From: the human T2T-CHM13v2.0 reference genome, Homo sapiens
Assembly: GCF_009914755.1 (NCBI RefSeq)
Contig: NC_060930.1
Length of the DNA stretch: 64,000 bases
Reading direction: 5' to 3' (one strand)
Numbering within the stretch: the first letter of the stretch is position 1; every line of letters begins with the position of its first letter. The translations under genes were made by a program, and so were the position numbers. The notes under the pieces are model-generated. The model made no database searches and was not told the origin of the DNA. It worked only from the letters and a program-made list of their open reading frames with translations. Positions 14,905-29,816 of this stretch are shown piece after piece.

Positions 14905-14918
14905 CCACCGGGCGGCAG
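14905..14918 (+). promoter_or_regulatory. CTCF-like motif in a small CpG-retaining patch
   Basis: CCACCGGGCGGCAG compared with consensus CCASYAGRKGGCRS (2 deviations). Confidence 0.4.
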
Positions 14919-15545
14919 TTTGGAATGTGCCTTGAGATGAGGAAAGCCGGTTATCGGGAGGAAGAAGCTGTCAGAGCAACCAGTGAGACCTCCAGAGTGA
15001 TTTTAACTTCCAGAGGGCCCATGGTTCTGAAACAGGGTTACCTAGGAAAATGTAGAAAAGCGTACTTTTCAAATAAGAGAATAATCAAATGTAACATGTC
15101 TTTTTGCTATGGTCTATCAAATTTGCTTTAATACATATTTTTAAAAAAGTTTTTAAAAATTTGCTAATTTCAAGTTTGCATTTGATGGTATGTATTACTG
15201 AATTTATCACTTAATTTATCTAGGCTTCAGGGGCTAGTATAGACCTAGGTATAAAACAGAAACTGAATGAATGCTGCTGAATGAGAAAAATGTGCAAATG
15301 AATAAATGAGGGAGAGACTATGTTCCAATCTAATTCTAAAAAAACATAATTCTCAGTTCAAATGTGAAGAACAAAGGAGGACAATATTAAAATTTTTCCC
15401 TCAGTTTATGTTAATCTAATCTCTAGAACAGTTTACAACAGAATTGACTTGAGAAAAAAAACCACACTTAAAAATTGAATTATAACTTAAAGGTGGTTAC
15501 TAATCCTCTGCTTTAAAAGCAAAGACATAAAGTGACTGTATAAAA

Positions 15546-16012
15546 CTAGCATTGTCCAATAGAAATATAATGAAAGTCACATGTAACTTAAAGTTTTCTA
15601 GTAGTCACATTTAAAAAAATAAAAATAGGTTAATTTAAAAACACTTTGATCTGATCCAATATATTTAAAATATTATCCTTTCAACATGTAATCAATATTA
15701 AAATTACTAACAAAATATTTTAAATTATTCTTTCCATGAAGTCTTTGAAATGAGTATGTACTTTATCCTTCTAGTATATCTCACTGTGCACGCTAAATTT
15801 TCTACAGAAATACTTGATCTGTAATTTCATACAACTTAAGAGTAAAAAATAGTATTACATACCTAAGTCGTTCCAAACATACTTTGAGTCAACTATGTTT
15901 TAAAATCTAAATTAAAATTAAATAAAGTTTAAAATTCAGTTCTTCAGTTGTATAAGCCAAATTTTAAGTTCTCAATATCCATGCTGCTAGCGGCTACCAT
16001 ACGACAGCACAG
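15546..16012. mobile_element. hAT-Charlie element (Charlie1/MER33-like)
   Basis: Left end tgtccaatagaaatataatg...ttttctagtagtcacatt; right end gctagcggctaccatacgacagcacag. Confidence 0.8.
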
Positions 16013-16357
16013 GTGTAAACAATGAAAACATACTCCAATTTCTATCTTACTGCCAGTCAGATATGTGCTTTGAGTTTGTTTTCTGCATACAAATAAATTT
16101 ACAGTGACCCATTCACATATTCTTTCCAATGCATACTGTAGCTGATGTATATTTTTGCAAAGTCCTAGTCTTTGGCAGGCAGCCTGTGCTGTGAAGATAG
16201 CTGGATTAAGTAGAGAGTATATGAGTGAATGAATTTATCCTCTTTTGTAGCAAGCTCTAATCCACTCAGCCAATCAAACAGAAAATACAAGTAAATATCA
16301 CATTTCAGATGTGACATAACATCTTAATATAATAATCCCCAAAATACAGACTTACTT

Positions 16358-16632
<275 letters not shown>

Positions 16633-16912
16633 AATCTTTTCTTATTTTAATGTCCATAAGCTGAATTTCAGTTATGAGATTTGTGAAAGATATGAAATCA
16701 CAAAGCAGTCTCAGCAACTTAAATGCTTTAAGTTTATGTATTGTACATAAACATGTAAATATACAAAATAGTAAAATGAGAACAAGATGAAGATTAATAG
16801 GATAGAATTCAATATACTCCTCCCTTGTTAAAAAAATTCCATACTTGTTTTATAGAATAAAACAGGAGTTAAACTGAACACAATGTATGTGTCCTTACTG
16901 TTGCAGTTTTAC

Positions 16913-17038
16913 CTCATGTAAAGCTTTTGCCTCCTGTAAGTTTTGTATGCTGACTTTGAAACCGTAAGTATTGTTTAAAGATGGTCCATCAATCTGAGAA
17001 GTTTCTTTCTGTGGGGTATTTACTGCTGCAAATTGATT
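16913..17038 (-). CDS. REV3L: REV3L coding exon 16 (126 bp): NQFAAVNTPQKETSQIDGPSLNNTYGFKVSIQNLQEAKALHE
   Basis: (TG)7T9atAG|AATCAA and TGAG|GTAAAA; phase 0/0. Confidence 0.96.
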
Positions 17039-18325
17039 CTATAAAAAAAAACACACACACACACAGCCAGAAAAAGATACATGAGCAATCATTTTTCTTT
17101 TGATTACTTATTCTCAGATAATATGCTTTATGTGTTTAGTAATAAATGGTAAACTAATATCATCTCTAAGTTCAAGAACAAACTGTATTTTATTAATGTT
17201 ATTTTCATGCTAACAAAGATATCAGAACTGGATACATGTAGAAATATAAGCAAACCATATGTTATCTCTCAGTTCAGAAGCCCTCAATACTGAAAATAAC
17301 AGTTTTGTAGGGAGTTGACATTTATACCACATGGACATTTATCTTGACCTTTCTTGGAAGTTAAGAAAGACAAGCAAGCAATCAATATATTTCCAACTAC
17401 TTTGGCTAAAGTTTGTAAAAGATTTGAAATACTGATTTGTATTTTACTCTAATATAACATGTGTCTGAAAGATGAATTAAATAAAACAATGTAATCTTCA
17501 AAGATTCAGAAAAAAATGGAATCTTTCCATTTCTTACAAAATTATTTTTTCTGATTTCTAAATCTATTAACTGTTTTCCCCAAAGTGTTATGTTCACAAC
17601 ACACTGATATAGTATTTTTTAATATATATAGCTTGTAATTCAACAGTATTTTATAAATGAAAGTTTAAAAAGTTTGATAATCTCAGAAATATTAAAATAT
17701 ATTTTATGTAGTTAATGACATTTATAAGAAGTGGCCAATATATAAGTGATTTCTAGCATATATTTCCAAGGATGTATGTCTAATGTATACTTCTTTCACA
17801 TAACCATATAATTCTAAGTTTTGTCATATTTTTAGTATTTGAATAAAGACATTTGTGACTTTCCAGAGTTTCAGTAGTAAATAATGTTGCTTTCTTTTAC
17901 TACTTAGTAAAATAAATTTTAAAAAATCAATAAGGTTATATTTTAGAAAAAAGTAATAAACCAAGAAAAAGGATATATTTTTGGTGGGATCAAAAATCAC
18001 TTACTTGAGCTCTGCTGTCATTGGATTGTTCTGATTTTGCCAGTAATCAGTTAATGTATTTGTATCCTCATAATCCACATTTTGGCTATCATATTCACTT
18101 TCTCTGTAATATTTGTATTTACATATAAGAATCTTTTAGATCCCAACAACAAAAAAAAAACTAAAAAAAGGCAAATTTTTGTTGTCTCAAAGATATGCAA
18201 ATAATGATGCAAAAATTTAAGTAACCAAAATTTTTTAATTGAGACAAAGTTAACAATTATCTAACTGAAATCTAGGAAAAAGACTGGCTCTTCCACTGAT
18301 CTTTAAAAATGTTTAGTATAGTTAC

Positions 18326-18405
18326 CTTTGCTTGTGTTAACAGTACTCTTCTAAGAGTGTCAGTATTACTTCCTTTCTTATTACTCAACTTCTGTGTTTT
18401 TGGTT
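18326..18405 (-). CDS. REV3L: REV3L coding exon 15 (80 bp): EPKTQKLSNKKGSNTDTLRRVLLTQAK
   Basis: ctacAG|AACCAA and AAAG|GTAACT. Confidence 0.95.
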
Positions 18406-18659
18406 CTGTAGAAAGAAATTTAATATTTAACATGTATATCAAAATTACCTGCTTCTGGTTTTTAAAAAACCTTTTGTTGTTCCAAACACTTAAGTACCAC
18501 TTGTGGGTGCTGTCCTATGAATTCCCCCCAGAATTTCATAATTTAAAAATGAAATTCAAACCTCTGATCCCAACCAAAATAACATTTTGACATTTTGTAT
18601 TTTAAATGTTTATGTTTTAATTACTGAATTTTATACCTCAGTCATTAAGCTAGAGAACT

Positions 18660-19990
18660 GTTTAATTCATTTATTCACTTATTTATCAAGTATCTATGAT
18701 GAGGAAGAAAAGACATAATCTCTGCCCTTGTGGGGTCTAGAGAGAGAATCAGACATTCATCAAACATACTAGAAAAATAAAATTATAACTGCACTAATAC
18801 AACAAAGGGGAATATAATTGGGAATTTTTATGTAGTCAAGGAGATTAGGGAAGGTTTCCTGGAGGTAAAATCTGAAGAGAGTAGTAACTAACTAAGAACA
18901 GAGTGGGGATTTTTCCCTGATTACTGTGCAAAAGAATTGGAAGTTACTAAGAGTAGATAAAATGGCTGGTGCAGGAGCCCAGGCAAGAGATGATGACAGT
19001 TTGGCCTAAGGTTGTGGTGGAAGAAGTACAATAAAGTAGATAGATCTGGGTTACTTGGGAGATAAACAAGTGATAAGGCTTGGTTAGGGACTAGAAACTA
19101 CAAGGTGGGTAATGAGGGAATGAGGTGAGTGTTAAAAATAAATTCTATGTTTCTGACTTGTGTAACTAAGAAATGATGGCACTATTCATTGAAATAAGGA
19201 AAACTGAAAGAAGGCCAGATGGGTTTTTATGTGGAGGCATGTATATATAAGTGTGTTGGGGAAGTGGTGGTGAATGTATGCGGTGAGATCATGAATTGGT
19301 TTTTAAAATACTAATCTTGAGGTGCCATTTAGCATTCAAGTGGAAATGTCAGATAGGTAGTTGGATATAGTGTTCTGGAGCTTAAAAGAGAGATCTGAAC
19401 TGGGAATATAAATTTGCGAGTTATCTGTAGTAATCCTGTAGACAGGAATTAGATCATTTAGAGAAAGATATAAAGAAGGCTTAAGACCAAGCCTTAATAA
19501 ACTCCAACATTTAGATAACAACTGAGAATAATGAGAAAATCAAGTGGGAAAAAAACAGAGAAGTAGGAGGAAAGCCAAGTGGAGAAGCTCCAAGAAGGAA
19601 GGTAAGGTCAACAAGAAAATGGCTGCTTAGAGGACATATGATAAGACTCAGGAACATCTATTGGTTTTAGCTATAAGTTTACTGGGAATCTTTACAAGAG
19701 CTATAATGTAGAATGACAGGGGCAGAATTCAGTTTAGAGTGGGCTGAGAAATGAGTAGGAGGTAAATAACTGGAGTTGTCAAATTAGATAAATCTTTTAA
19801 GAAATTTGGCTTTGAAGGGGAGGAGAAAGAGTAGAAGCTGGCTGGAGACGTGAGGTCAAGGCAGGTTTTTTGTTTCTGTTTTAAAATGTGGGAGACCTGG
19901 GTATGTATAAAAGCCAACAGGAAAGTCAAGTTGAGAAGATAAGCCTTTTGAGAGGGCTCCTGCATTTCACCCACAAGACAGGATGGAAGC
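18660..19990 (-). mobile_element. L2 LINE relic
   Basis: attcatttattcacttatttatcaagta end, ctgcccttgtggggtctag, and the purine-rich caagtggaaatgtcagataggtagttggatat core typical of L2. Confidence 0.75.
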
Positions 19991-20175
19991 AAATATAAGT
20001 AGATTTCACAGCAGAAAGACAGTTGCCATGTGACGACTTTCTAAGACATGACGAAAAATATTTGCTGAGCTATACCTTCATTTAAAAAGCTCTGATTTTC
20101 ATTACAGTCTAATGTTATCTTCATTTCTATTTCTGAAGAACAATTATGGAGACTTCCTGTTATTTGTACACTTAC

Positions 20176-21089
20176 CTGTTGATAATGGGCTAAGGCCAGG
20201 TGCTTCAGGAAGCCTTTCCAGAAGTTTTCTCTGTATGATTGGTGTACTATGAAAGCAAAGTGATTCACATTTCCCAGTTCTTGCCCTAGTATTAATTGGA
20301 GATATCACTAGAGGCTCTTGAGGCTCACTGCAGGGGCTTTTTTGTATACCATCTTTTATTGGCTTTAAGAAGTTCTCAAAAGCCAATGAAGGCAGCTCCT
20401 CTACTGGTGATGAGGGTCTATCATCTCCATTTAATGCTTTGGAATCTGGGGATATTGGTTGTTGCCAAGGGGGAATTACTGGAGAATCAGGGGAGCTATA
20501 ACTAATGTAATAGTTATCATCATCATCTTCATCTTTTTCGGGATCACTTGCAGAGGCAACTGGTGGCAGCATCTGACTTTCACTTGCAGTTTGACTACAT
20601 CCCGTGGTTGGTGCTTGTAAAGCAATCTGAGAATTATCAACATCCTCCTTGGTATGTGCTGTAGTGGGGAGTATACATGGACTTACATCCATTTTTGGAG
20701 GCACTACAGGTTTGTCATCTGGGTTAACTGAAGAGCTAAAGTTCTCAGCAGATTTTACAACTCCAGTTGGCTTGGTTTTAGGCAGTTTCTTGGAACGTTC
20801 GTATTCTTCTTTGGCTTGAAGCCACACTTGAACCAGTTGTCGACTTGGGGCACATTTGCAAGGCATAATCACAATTTTTTTATCTTCAACCATCTTAGGG
20901 CTATTACTTGACCCTTTATTGACAACTCCTTGGCCACTGCGAAGGGGTGACCCTGGCCTTGGATTCTGAGTCATTGCTGAGAATGCTGTTTTCCAAAGAC
21001 GAAGTCCTTCCAAGGAAAAGTCTCCCTCAAACTCAGCCAGATCATTTGCAAGTCGAGTTTCTACCATGAGGAGCCGTCCACCAATCTCC
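20176..21089 (-). CDS. REV3L: REV3L coding exon 14 (914 bp): EIGGRLLMVETRL...PGLSPLST, containing REV7-binding motif 2 (IVIMPCKCAPSR)
   Basis: ttatAG|GGAGAT and ACAG|GTAAGT; core of ORF 20144..21187. Confidence 0.98.
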
Positions 21090-22212
21090 CTATAATAACA
21101 TATTTTAGAACAACTGTTTTGTTTCAAAGAGCAATTACCAAAATATTTAACTCCATATCCTAGATAAAGTCCCTTTTGGAGTCTCAAAAATGTCCATGTC
21201 TATCTTCCCTGCCCCCTCTATATTGTGCAGGTACATTCTATCTTTAGTCTCAATATGCTTTTCCTCACAGGTATATGACTACTACTTAATTTCCTTTGGA
21301 AGGTACCATTAATCTTAGGGAGAGAAGGTATTTTTTGTTTTATTTTAATGCCCCATGAAGCCTTCTGTCCTTCAAGGAGATGACACAAACTTTTCAGATT
21401 CCTTTCCTCTCCTAATCTTAAAATAAATTTTCCATTATTACCACATATGAATAAAAACAATGAATTTATCATTCAAATACTATGTCCCTGGATATTATTC
21501 ATAGCTTCTTCCTATATTCTCCAGTATCTGTAGTTTAACAAAGCCAGTCAATTCAAATGAATCTTCGTACTCTCAAATTCCCTTAAACATTAAAAAAAAT
21601 ACCAACTGAGGTAAATTACTCTAATTCTTTCTTCCCATTCCATGGCAGGGATTAACACTGACATAACTTAGGAGCTGGCAGAGCCCACAGGATGCATGGC
21701 TTAAATGTTACCAATGCATGAATATGTGGGAAATCACTAATGAAAACAGTCTGGTTTCATTTCCAATAGTTATAAATATTAAGTGAAACCTCTGTCTTTC
21801 TCCAATCCCTTGATACTATTTCTGCTTACTACAGCAACATAAAATAATTCTACTTCTTCATGTTAACTTTATTATGGATATAAAGTTAATTCATAGTTTT
21901 TTCAATCACTTCTCTTAGGGCATGATTCCCCAAATGTCCCCATCACTCTCTATGTAAAATCCACTAACTGGATCATGTTTTCAGATTTGAAGCTGAAAGA
22001 AGAGCATTAGGGCTACTCTGTCTCCTTTATATGAAAAGACTTAAGCCCCTACTAGTTAACTCCATAACCAGCATCCAGCACTGTCCCTGCATCCACTCTT
22101 GGCAATGTGAAAAAACAGAAACAGAATTAATGCTGTTGAAGGAAATGAATACACATACCAAGTGACCATACCCAACTCTAATACTAAGGATAGAGAAGTC
22201 ATAATGAGGTCA

Positions 22213-22900
<688 letters not shown>

Positions 22901-22904
22901 TTCA

Positions 22905-23189
<285 letters not shown>

Positions 23190-23549
23190 TACAGTTTCAT
23201 ATTTCAAAAATATTTTTCAAAAATGATTATTTTTTATTTTAGCTGCAGGACAAGTGTCAAAGTTGGACAATAACAACAACACAAAGGTAATGACTAGCAC
23301 ATAAAGTTTGGTAACTAAAAGTAAATATACCATAATCACTACTGATAACACCAAAGTCCCCAAAATGATGGAAACTAATGTCTAAAGAACAGATTTCATA
23401 TGCTCCAGCAGTGAAATAAAGAGTTCCATGTGGGTACTAAACAAAACTGTGTGTTGAAAAGGGGCTGGGAGGTGGACATTTCTACCTTTCACTTCAAGTC
23501 ATTACAGGAGAGAACTTTTATTCTGCATTTCTGATAACCTTTTCTCACC

Positions 23550-24015
23550 CCTTTATTAAAAAAATAAATTTTATTGTGTATATTTAAGGTATAAAATATG
23601 ATATTAGTATATAGTAAAATGGTTCTTACAGTGAAACAAATTAACATATCCATCATTTCACATTCTCAACCCTTTCTTAAATGGATTCCTATAGGAATTA
23701 TTGTGAATCTGCTGGGTAAAAGCCTGGCATTCACTGTCGTGTTTTTTTAATTTAAACTTTTTTAAAAAGATATTTTAACAGCTTTAGGTTGACAGCAAAA
23801 TTGAAAGGAAGGTACAGAAGTTTCCCATATATCCCTTGTGCCCCCACACATACATGGCCTCCCTCATTATCACCATCCCCTACCAGAGTGGTACATGTGT
23901 TACAATCGATGAACCTATGTTGACACATCATAATTGTCCAAAGTCCACAGATTACATTTGGGTTTGTTCTTGGTGTGGTACTTTCTATGGCTTTGAACAA
24001 ATGTGTAATATTCAT
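23550..24015 (-). mobile_element. L1MA/L1MC 3' fragments
   Basis: ttttattgtgtatatttaagg...aattaacatatccatca; acagcaaaattgaaaggaaggtacagaagtttcccatat. Confidence 0.7.
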
Positions 24016-24457
24016 ATTGTATCTTTCTTTTTTTTTTTTCCCACTGGAGTCAGGAACATGGTACTGCCACAGGTCAGTGCATACATGCAGTGTGTCCTCT
24101 GCTGCTTTTCCTATCTCTTTCCAAGATTTAGACTAAGGCAGGGCCTGCCTTAGCAGTTCCAGCCATCCTCTTCTGCTTCTGAATGGATGGCTGAAATGAA
24201 CTGCCTGCTCTGCAACTGGTTAAGTATATGAGATCATGGACACAAGGGCAGGAACAAGAGCCATCATTTAAACTTTCTGGATTAAGCCACATTACCCAAT
24301 TTAGCTTTCATCAGTTATGTCCTAACTTGGTGATGAAAGTGGTATACACCATAACTACTTAACTACTGATAAATAAACCAGTACTCTGATTTCTATTTTG
24401 CTATTTGCTGTGTGTGTGCGTGCGCTCACATGTTTGTCTATCAATTCCCTGAAGAGA

Positions 24458-25159
<702 letters not shown>

Positions 25160-25654
25160 TGAAAAGTGGTTTATAATAGAAACAACTTACAATAATCTTC
25201 ACTTAGAGATATATCAGAGGAATACTTAAAACACATACATGCTCATTTTCAAAACACTTGAAAATGAAGTTCTTTTAAAATGGTATAAAAGTTTAACATT
25301 TAAAAATTAAATACCATTTAAACAATGATCATTGTAATCCTTTTAAAGTATCATGACATCTTTACAGTGAGCACCTCTAATCTTTAATGAAGACATAGTG
25401 TTAAATAATGGTAGATCCAAGTCAACTTAAATAAATTTCTCTAGGTGTAACCATCCAGTTAGTTTTTGAATTTTCTTAGTAAGTCTGTAATTAGAAATAC
25501 TTTCCACAATGATATACTTACAAATACGGTATCACAGAAAACTAGCAGTCAGGTAACCAAATGTTGCATACATTCTTTTTTTTTCAATCCCCATAGCATA
25601 ATTTTATATATCATAATAATTCAGAGTGACCCAAGGGAAAAAATAACTGATTAC

Positions 25655-28600
25655 CTGGGCTTTTCTGGTACATCAGAAGGATTACTGCAAAATGGTTCCT
25701 GGTAAATAGTCTCAGACAGGTCATGATCCAACAAAGTTGCCATAATTTCTTCCCTACTTGGGGGGGACATAAGTGGTTTCAGAATGTTAGCAGTTCGAGG
25801 GGTGAAGCTGCCATTTTTAGATTGTGAAGGAGAGCTAGTAGATCTTGGTGAACTATCAGGAGTTGGTGTCAACATATCATTGTTTCTTGAAACATACAGT
25901 TCTAAATCTTCACAGGCCACGTCTACAAGTTCACCATCAGGGGAGGAGAGTATTGCAGTAAAAGAGGTATTGGCTGAGTCAAGAGACTGTCCCATTTCTT
26001 TTCTGGTGTGACCTTGAATCCAGTCTGAATTGTTTGGCTGTGGGAGGCTAAGAAACACTTCTTTGCTTACTGAACTCCTATTCAATCTAGATTTTTCACT
26101 TAGACAGTCTTCTGCCTGCTGAACACAGAAAGAATCCATTATTGAGTTAGACCGAGTTGTTAGAGGATGAAAGCTATTTTTCCACTGGTTGTGGCGACGA
26201 TTCTCATTGCTATCTATGGTTGACTTCTCAAAAATTTCAGGACTTAAAGTACCAGATCTAATCCATGAGGCTGAGTCTGTGGTATGATGCTTGTCTTCAT
26301 CACATTTCTGGTTGTCATGACTTAAAAACTCATTTTTTTCTATAGCTTGTCCTGGAAAAAGATCCTGAACAGCATCACTTAGGAACTTCTGAGGCAAATT
26401 CTGATCAGCTGGGACAAACTGACTTCCAGAATAAAAGCTACAAAATCCAGTCTGACCTATTGTGTTAATATCAAAATTATAATTATGTTCAGGAGATAAA
26501 CTATCTTCAAGTGAGTAACAACTTTCAAAGCCTGGATCTGAAAAAAAGATGGGACTATCATCTGATACAGAGTTATCCAACTGGCTAGAGTTTTGTAAAT
26601 TTAAAGAGTCTACTTTGAGAAGTTTGGGGATTTTTTCTTTTTGTTTTGTACTTCTGGGAGTTCGAGGTTTTCTTGGGGACGTTACCGATCGTGTCCGTTT
26701 ATTTGCTTTGTTATGCTCAAGGGAACCAGAAATATTTTTATTTGGTTGATGTTTATTGGATAATGGGTCTTGTGTAGTATTTGCATTTTGTGCTTTCTGC
26801 TGTCTTTTTTGTAACAATTCTTTTAGAACTGCCAGTCCAGACTGTCCTTCACCAAATGCTGAAGGTGTTGACACATTTCGATTTTTACACTGAGAAAGTG
26901 CTTTGGTTTGTGAAATTGCTTCTGATAATGACCTCGGTTTTACTCTTTCAGGTTTAAAATTTGACATATCTAAAATAAAGCCCCTTTGCTTTTGCTCCCA
27001 TGCTATTTGTTTGATTGGACTTCTCAAGGAAGTTACAAAGCAATTATTAGGCATTTGGCTTTCCTCTGAAGCTGTATTTCCCGGAGAACAAGTTTCACTG
27101 TGCTTTGACTGTTCCGCTATGCACACAATCTGCTGCTGACTGTCTTTGCAATGCAAAAAATTAGGGGTATATGCTTGGTCCAGCTTTGATTCTAGGGAAT
27201 TGCGATATTCACTTAACTTTCCGATTGATGACAAATAGTTTCTTTGTATATTATTTGCATTATCTTCTATCTTTGAGGACATACCAGAAGATATCTGTGT
27301 ATTCTGTGCTACCTGAGATAAATGATTGGAAAGGTCAAATATATTTTTTTGAATTAACGTTGATTCCTTTAGAGTAAACATAGCACTTTGATTATGAGGC
27401 CTTTGAACATTAATTTTTGAGACTCCAGGTCCTATAGAATTACAAACAACTGATGGATGCAAATCATCTCGTGAACTGGGGAATGTCTGCAAATCTACAG
27501 ACTTCTTGCTTTCTAAGAAAGAAGAAAAGCAGCCAGATAACTTCTGTTGTGCATTAATTCCAGTGGGTAGGGAAGCAGAAAGGGGATGATCTACAGCAGA
27601 GCCCATTAGTGGCATATCTTTCTGTTTAAAAAGTAGTTGAGAGCCTCCAGAACTACTTGCAAATTCAGACACATTCTGGTGTTTCAGTACAAACTTAACC
27701 TCAGCACCAGACTGAGATTTTATTTTTTCATCCTTAAGTGTTATATGCTTTCTCGATGTACCTTTCTCATTTGTTTTTTGTTTTGCTCTTGGTTTCTTTT
27801 TTCCATCATCTACTAGTTTATTTGTCTGATTTCGTTTGTTCCTTTTCTTAGTAACTATAGAGGGATTAGCAAGCTTTGCTTTTGATTTCTTAATCTGTGC
27901 TCTTGCGCGACTAGTTTTTCCTATACGAGAATTAACAGTCTTCTTATATACATTAGGACCCTTAAAAAGCATTGCCTCTTTTTCAGCAGCAGCCATGATT
28001 TCTTCAGCTCTTGGATCTGTGGGAGACCAGCAGCGAGGTGGAGAAGAATTTATGGGACTTGTGCTTCTCTCAGAAAGAAAACCTAGTTTAGACATAACAT
28101 CACTATAATTCAAGTCACAATCTTCGGTTTCAGCATTGTAAGATGGTGAGGGAGGAGAAAGAATAGCATGTGACCGTTTTTTCCTGAAAGACAAAGTTCT
28201 TTTAATATTTTCATTATTTGTCCTTTGTTGTTTACCAGTTTTTTTCTTAGCAGATTTATGTTTTGACTTTCTTCTGTGACTTTTCTTTGGTGTTAGTGGA
28301 TAAATGGGATATTTGGTTGCAGGGGAGTCGGGAACTTTTGGCCAAAAGTCCTTCAAAGGTGCAAGCTTTTTATATAGTTCCATTTTTTCTTCTGTTAATA
28401 TTACTTGTTTTTCTTTAGAGTCTATTTTTCCTAGCTTCACAAGCATATTTTTTCTCCCTCTAAATCTATTAATAATAATATACTTTATGATGACAGGGGG
28501 CAGCTTTTTAGACATTTTTCTTCGTTTTCGGGATTTGAGAGTTCCATCTAAACTTTCACCAATTTCCATGGGATGAGGTAGACTAATTTTTGAGTTGTGA

Positions 28601-29816
28601 GTTACAAAACTTGACTCACTGTCTTCAGTCTCATAATTTACCTTGCGTTTGGCTCTAAGTGTGTATTTATTTCCATATAGTCCAAAGGACTGCTCAGTTT
28701 CTAACGTTCCATCTCCAAAGTGACAGTCTATAAAACCATCTGTGGGTGTTTTATTTTCAAAAGCTCCACGAGTGGTTTTAGTTAAATCACTAGCCAATGC
28801 ATTATCCTTCTCAGGATTACTATTACAAGGATTATTTTGTATAAAATTATCTTTTGTGGATCCAGTCTCACTACTTTTGGTAGAAGTCTCCTGATGACCT
28901 GCAAGTTTCCTTTTATTCAATTTTAACCGGGATGGTTTATTGCCAGGTTGTAATTTATATGTGACAGGAGATAGTTTCTGTGGTCTAGTAAGACAGTTAG
29001 AAAGAACAACACTGGGAAAAAACATATAGTGTGCTGCTTGCTGGCTGAGGCTTGGCTTTTCTGTTTTATGTTCTTGAAATTCTTCATACCTAATTTTAAG
29101 TTTATTTAGTCCACTTTCATCAGCAGTGCTATTAAGAGAATGCACCATAGTTCTATTCTCCCCTGAGCATGACAGTAATTCACAATTTTCAGTAAATGAT
29201 GAAGGGAATAAACTACTCAGAGCTGTGCTGTTTCCTTTTTCATTTCCTTCAGAGGATACTTTATTTTTTGAATGATTTAAGTCAGAAAAGTTGAAAGAAT
29301 TTTTGCCCAATGTATTCTCGTTAGGGTGACGGTGCATATGTATAAAAGGGGAATCCTTTTCGATTTTTCTAATGTTTGTATATTTTCTACTTGGTACTTG
29401 TCTTGTAACAGATGGAATATCTTCTTCATAATCAAAAATACTACTTTCACAGGAAGATACTGGGAGGATCTCTTTCTTACTATTCTCTTTATGAGAATTT
29501 TCTGAATGAACAGTACTGCTTAAAGATCCAGGGTATTTCATAGAATAAGTGCTTTCGTTTGTAAAAGAAGTGACTGAGTTATCTAGACCTTTTTCTGTAT
29601 TTTTGTTTGTCTGTGAAAGGTCTTCAATTAAATCTTCCTTGTTCAAAACATGGGAAGAAAGGGCACTTGTGTGTTTACACTGAAAGGTAATCTTAGCAGA
29701 AGATGAGGGTTCTAATGTAGCAGCATCTTTGTGAAAGATGGAGGGTTTAACTGAAAGCTTGCTTGTTGCAATTACAGAAGAGTGGGTTCTAGAATTTTCA
29801 TTGTTCAATGGATTGT
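25655..29816 (-). CDS. REV3L: REV3L giant coding exon 13 (4162 bp): largely disordered insert with a PxVxL motif, a NEXMIF/KIAA2022-like segment, basic tracts and REV7-binding motif 1
   Basis: tttcAG|ACAATC and CCCAG|GTAATC; 1385-aa ORF 25651..29808; ANILKPLMSPPSREE near its 3' end. Confidence 0.99.

Noticed and set aside
25784-28576. Plus-strand ORFs of 66-90 aa opposite the giant exon
   Set aside because: Shadow ORFs antisense to a long coding exon, with no independent signals.
25651-29808. 1385-aa ORF as a standalone gene starting with Met
   Set aside because: The 'start' is an internal TTG (Leu) and the 'stop' lies in the donor intron (AG|GTAA); it is an internal exon. The same applies to the intron-derived ends of ORF 20144..21187.
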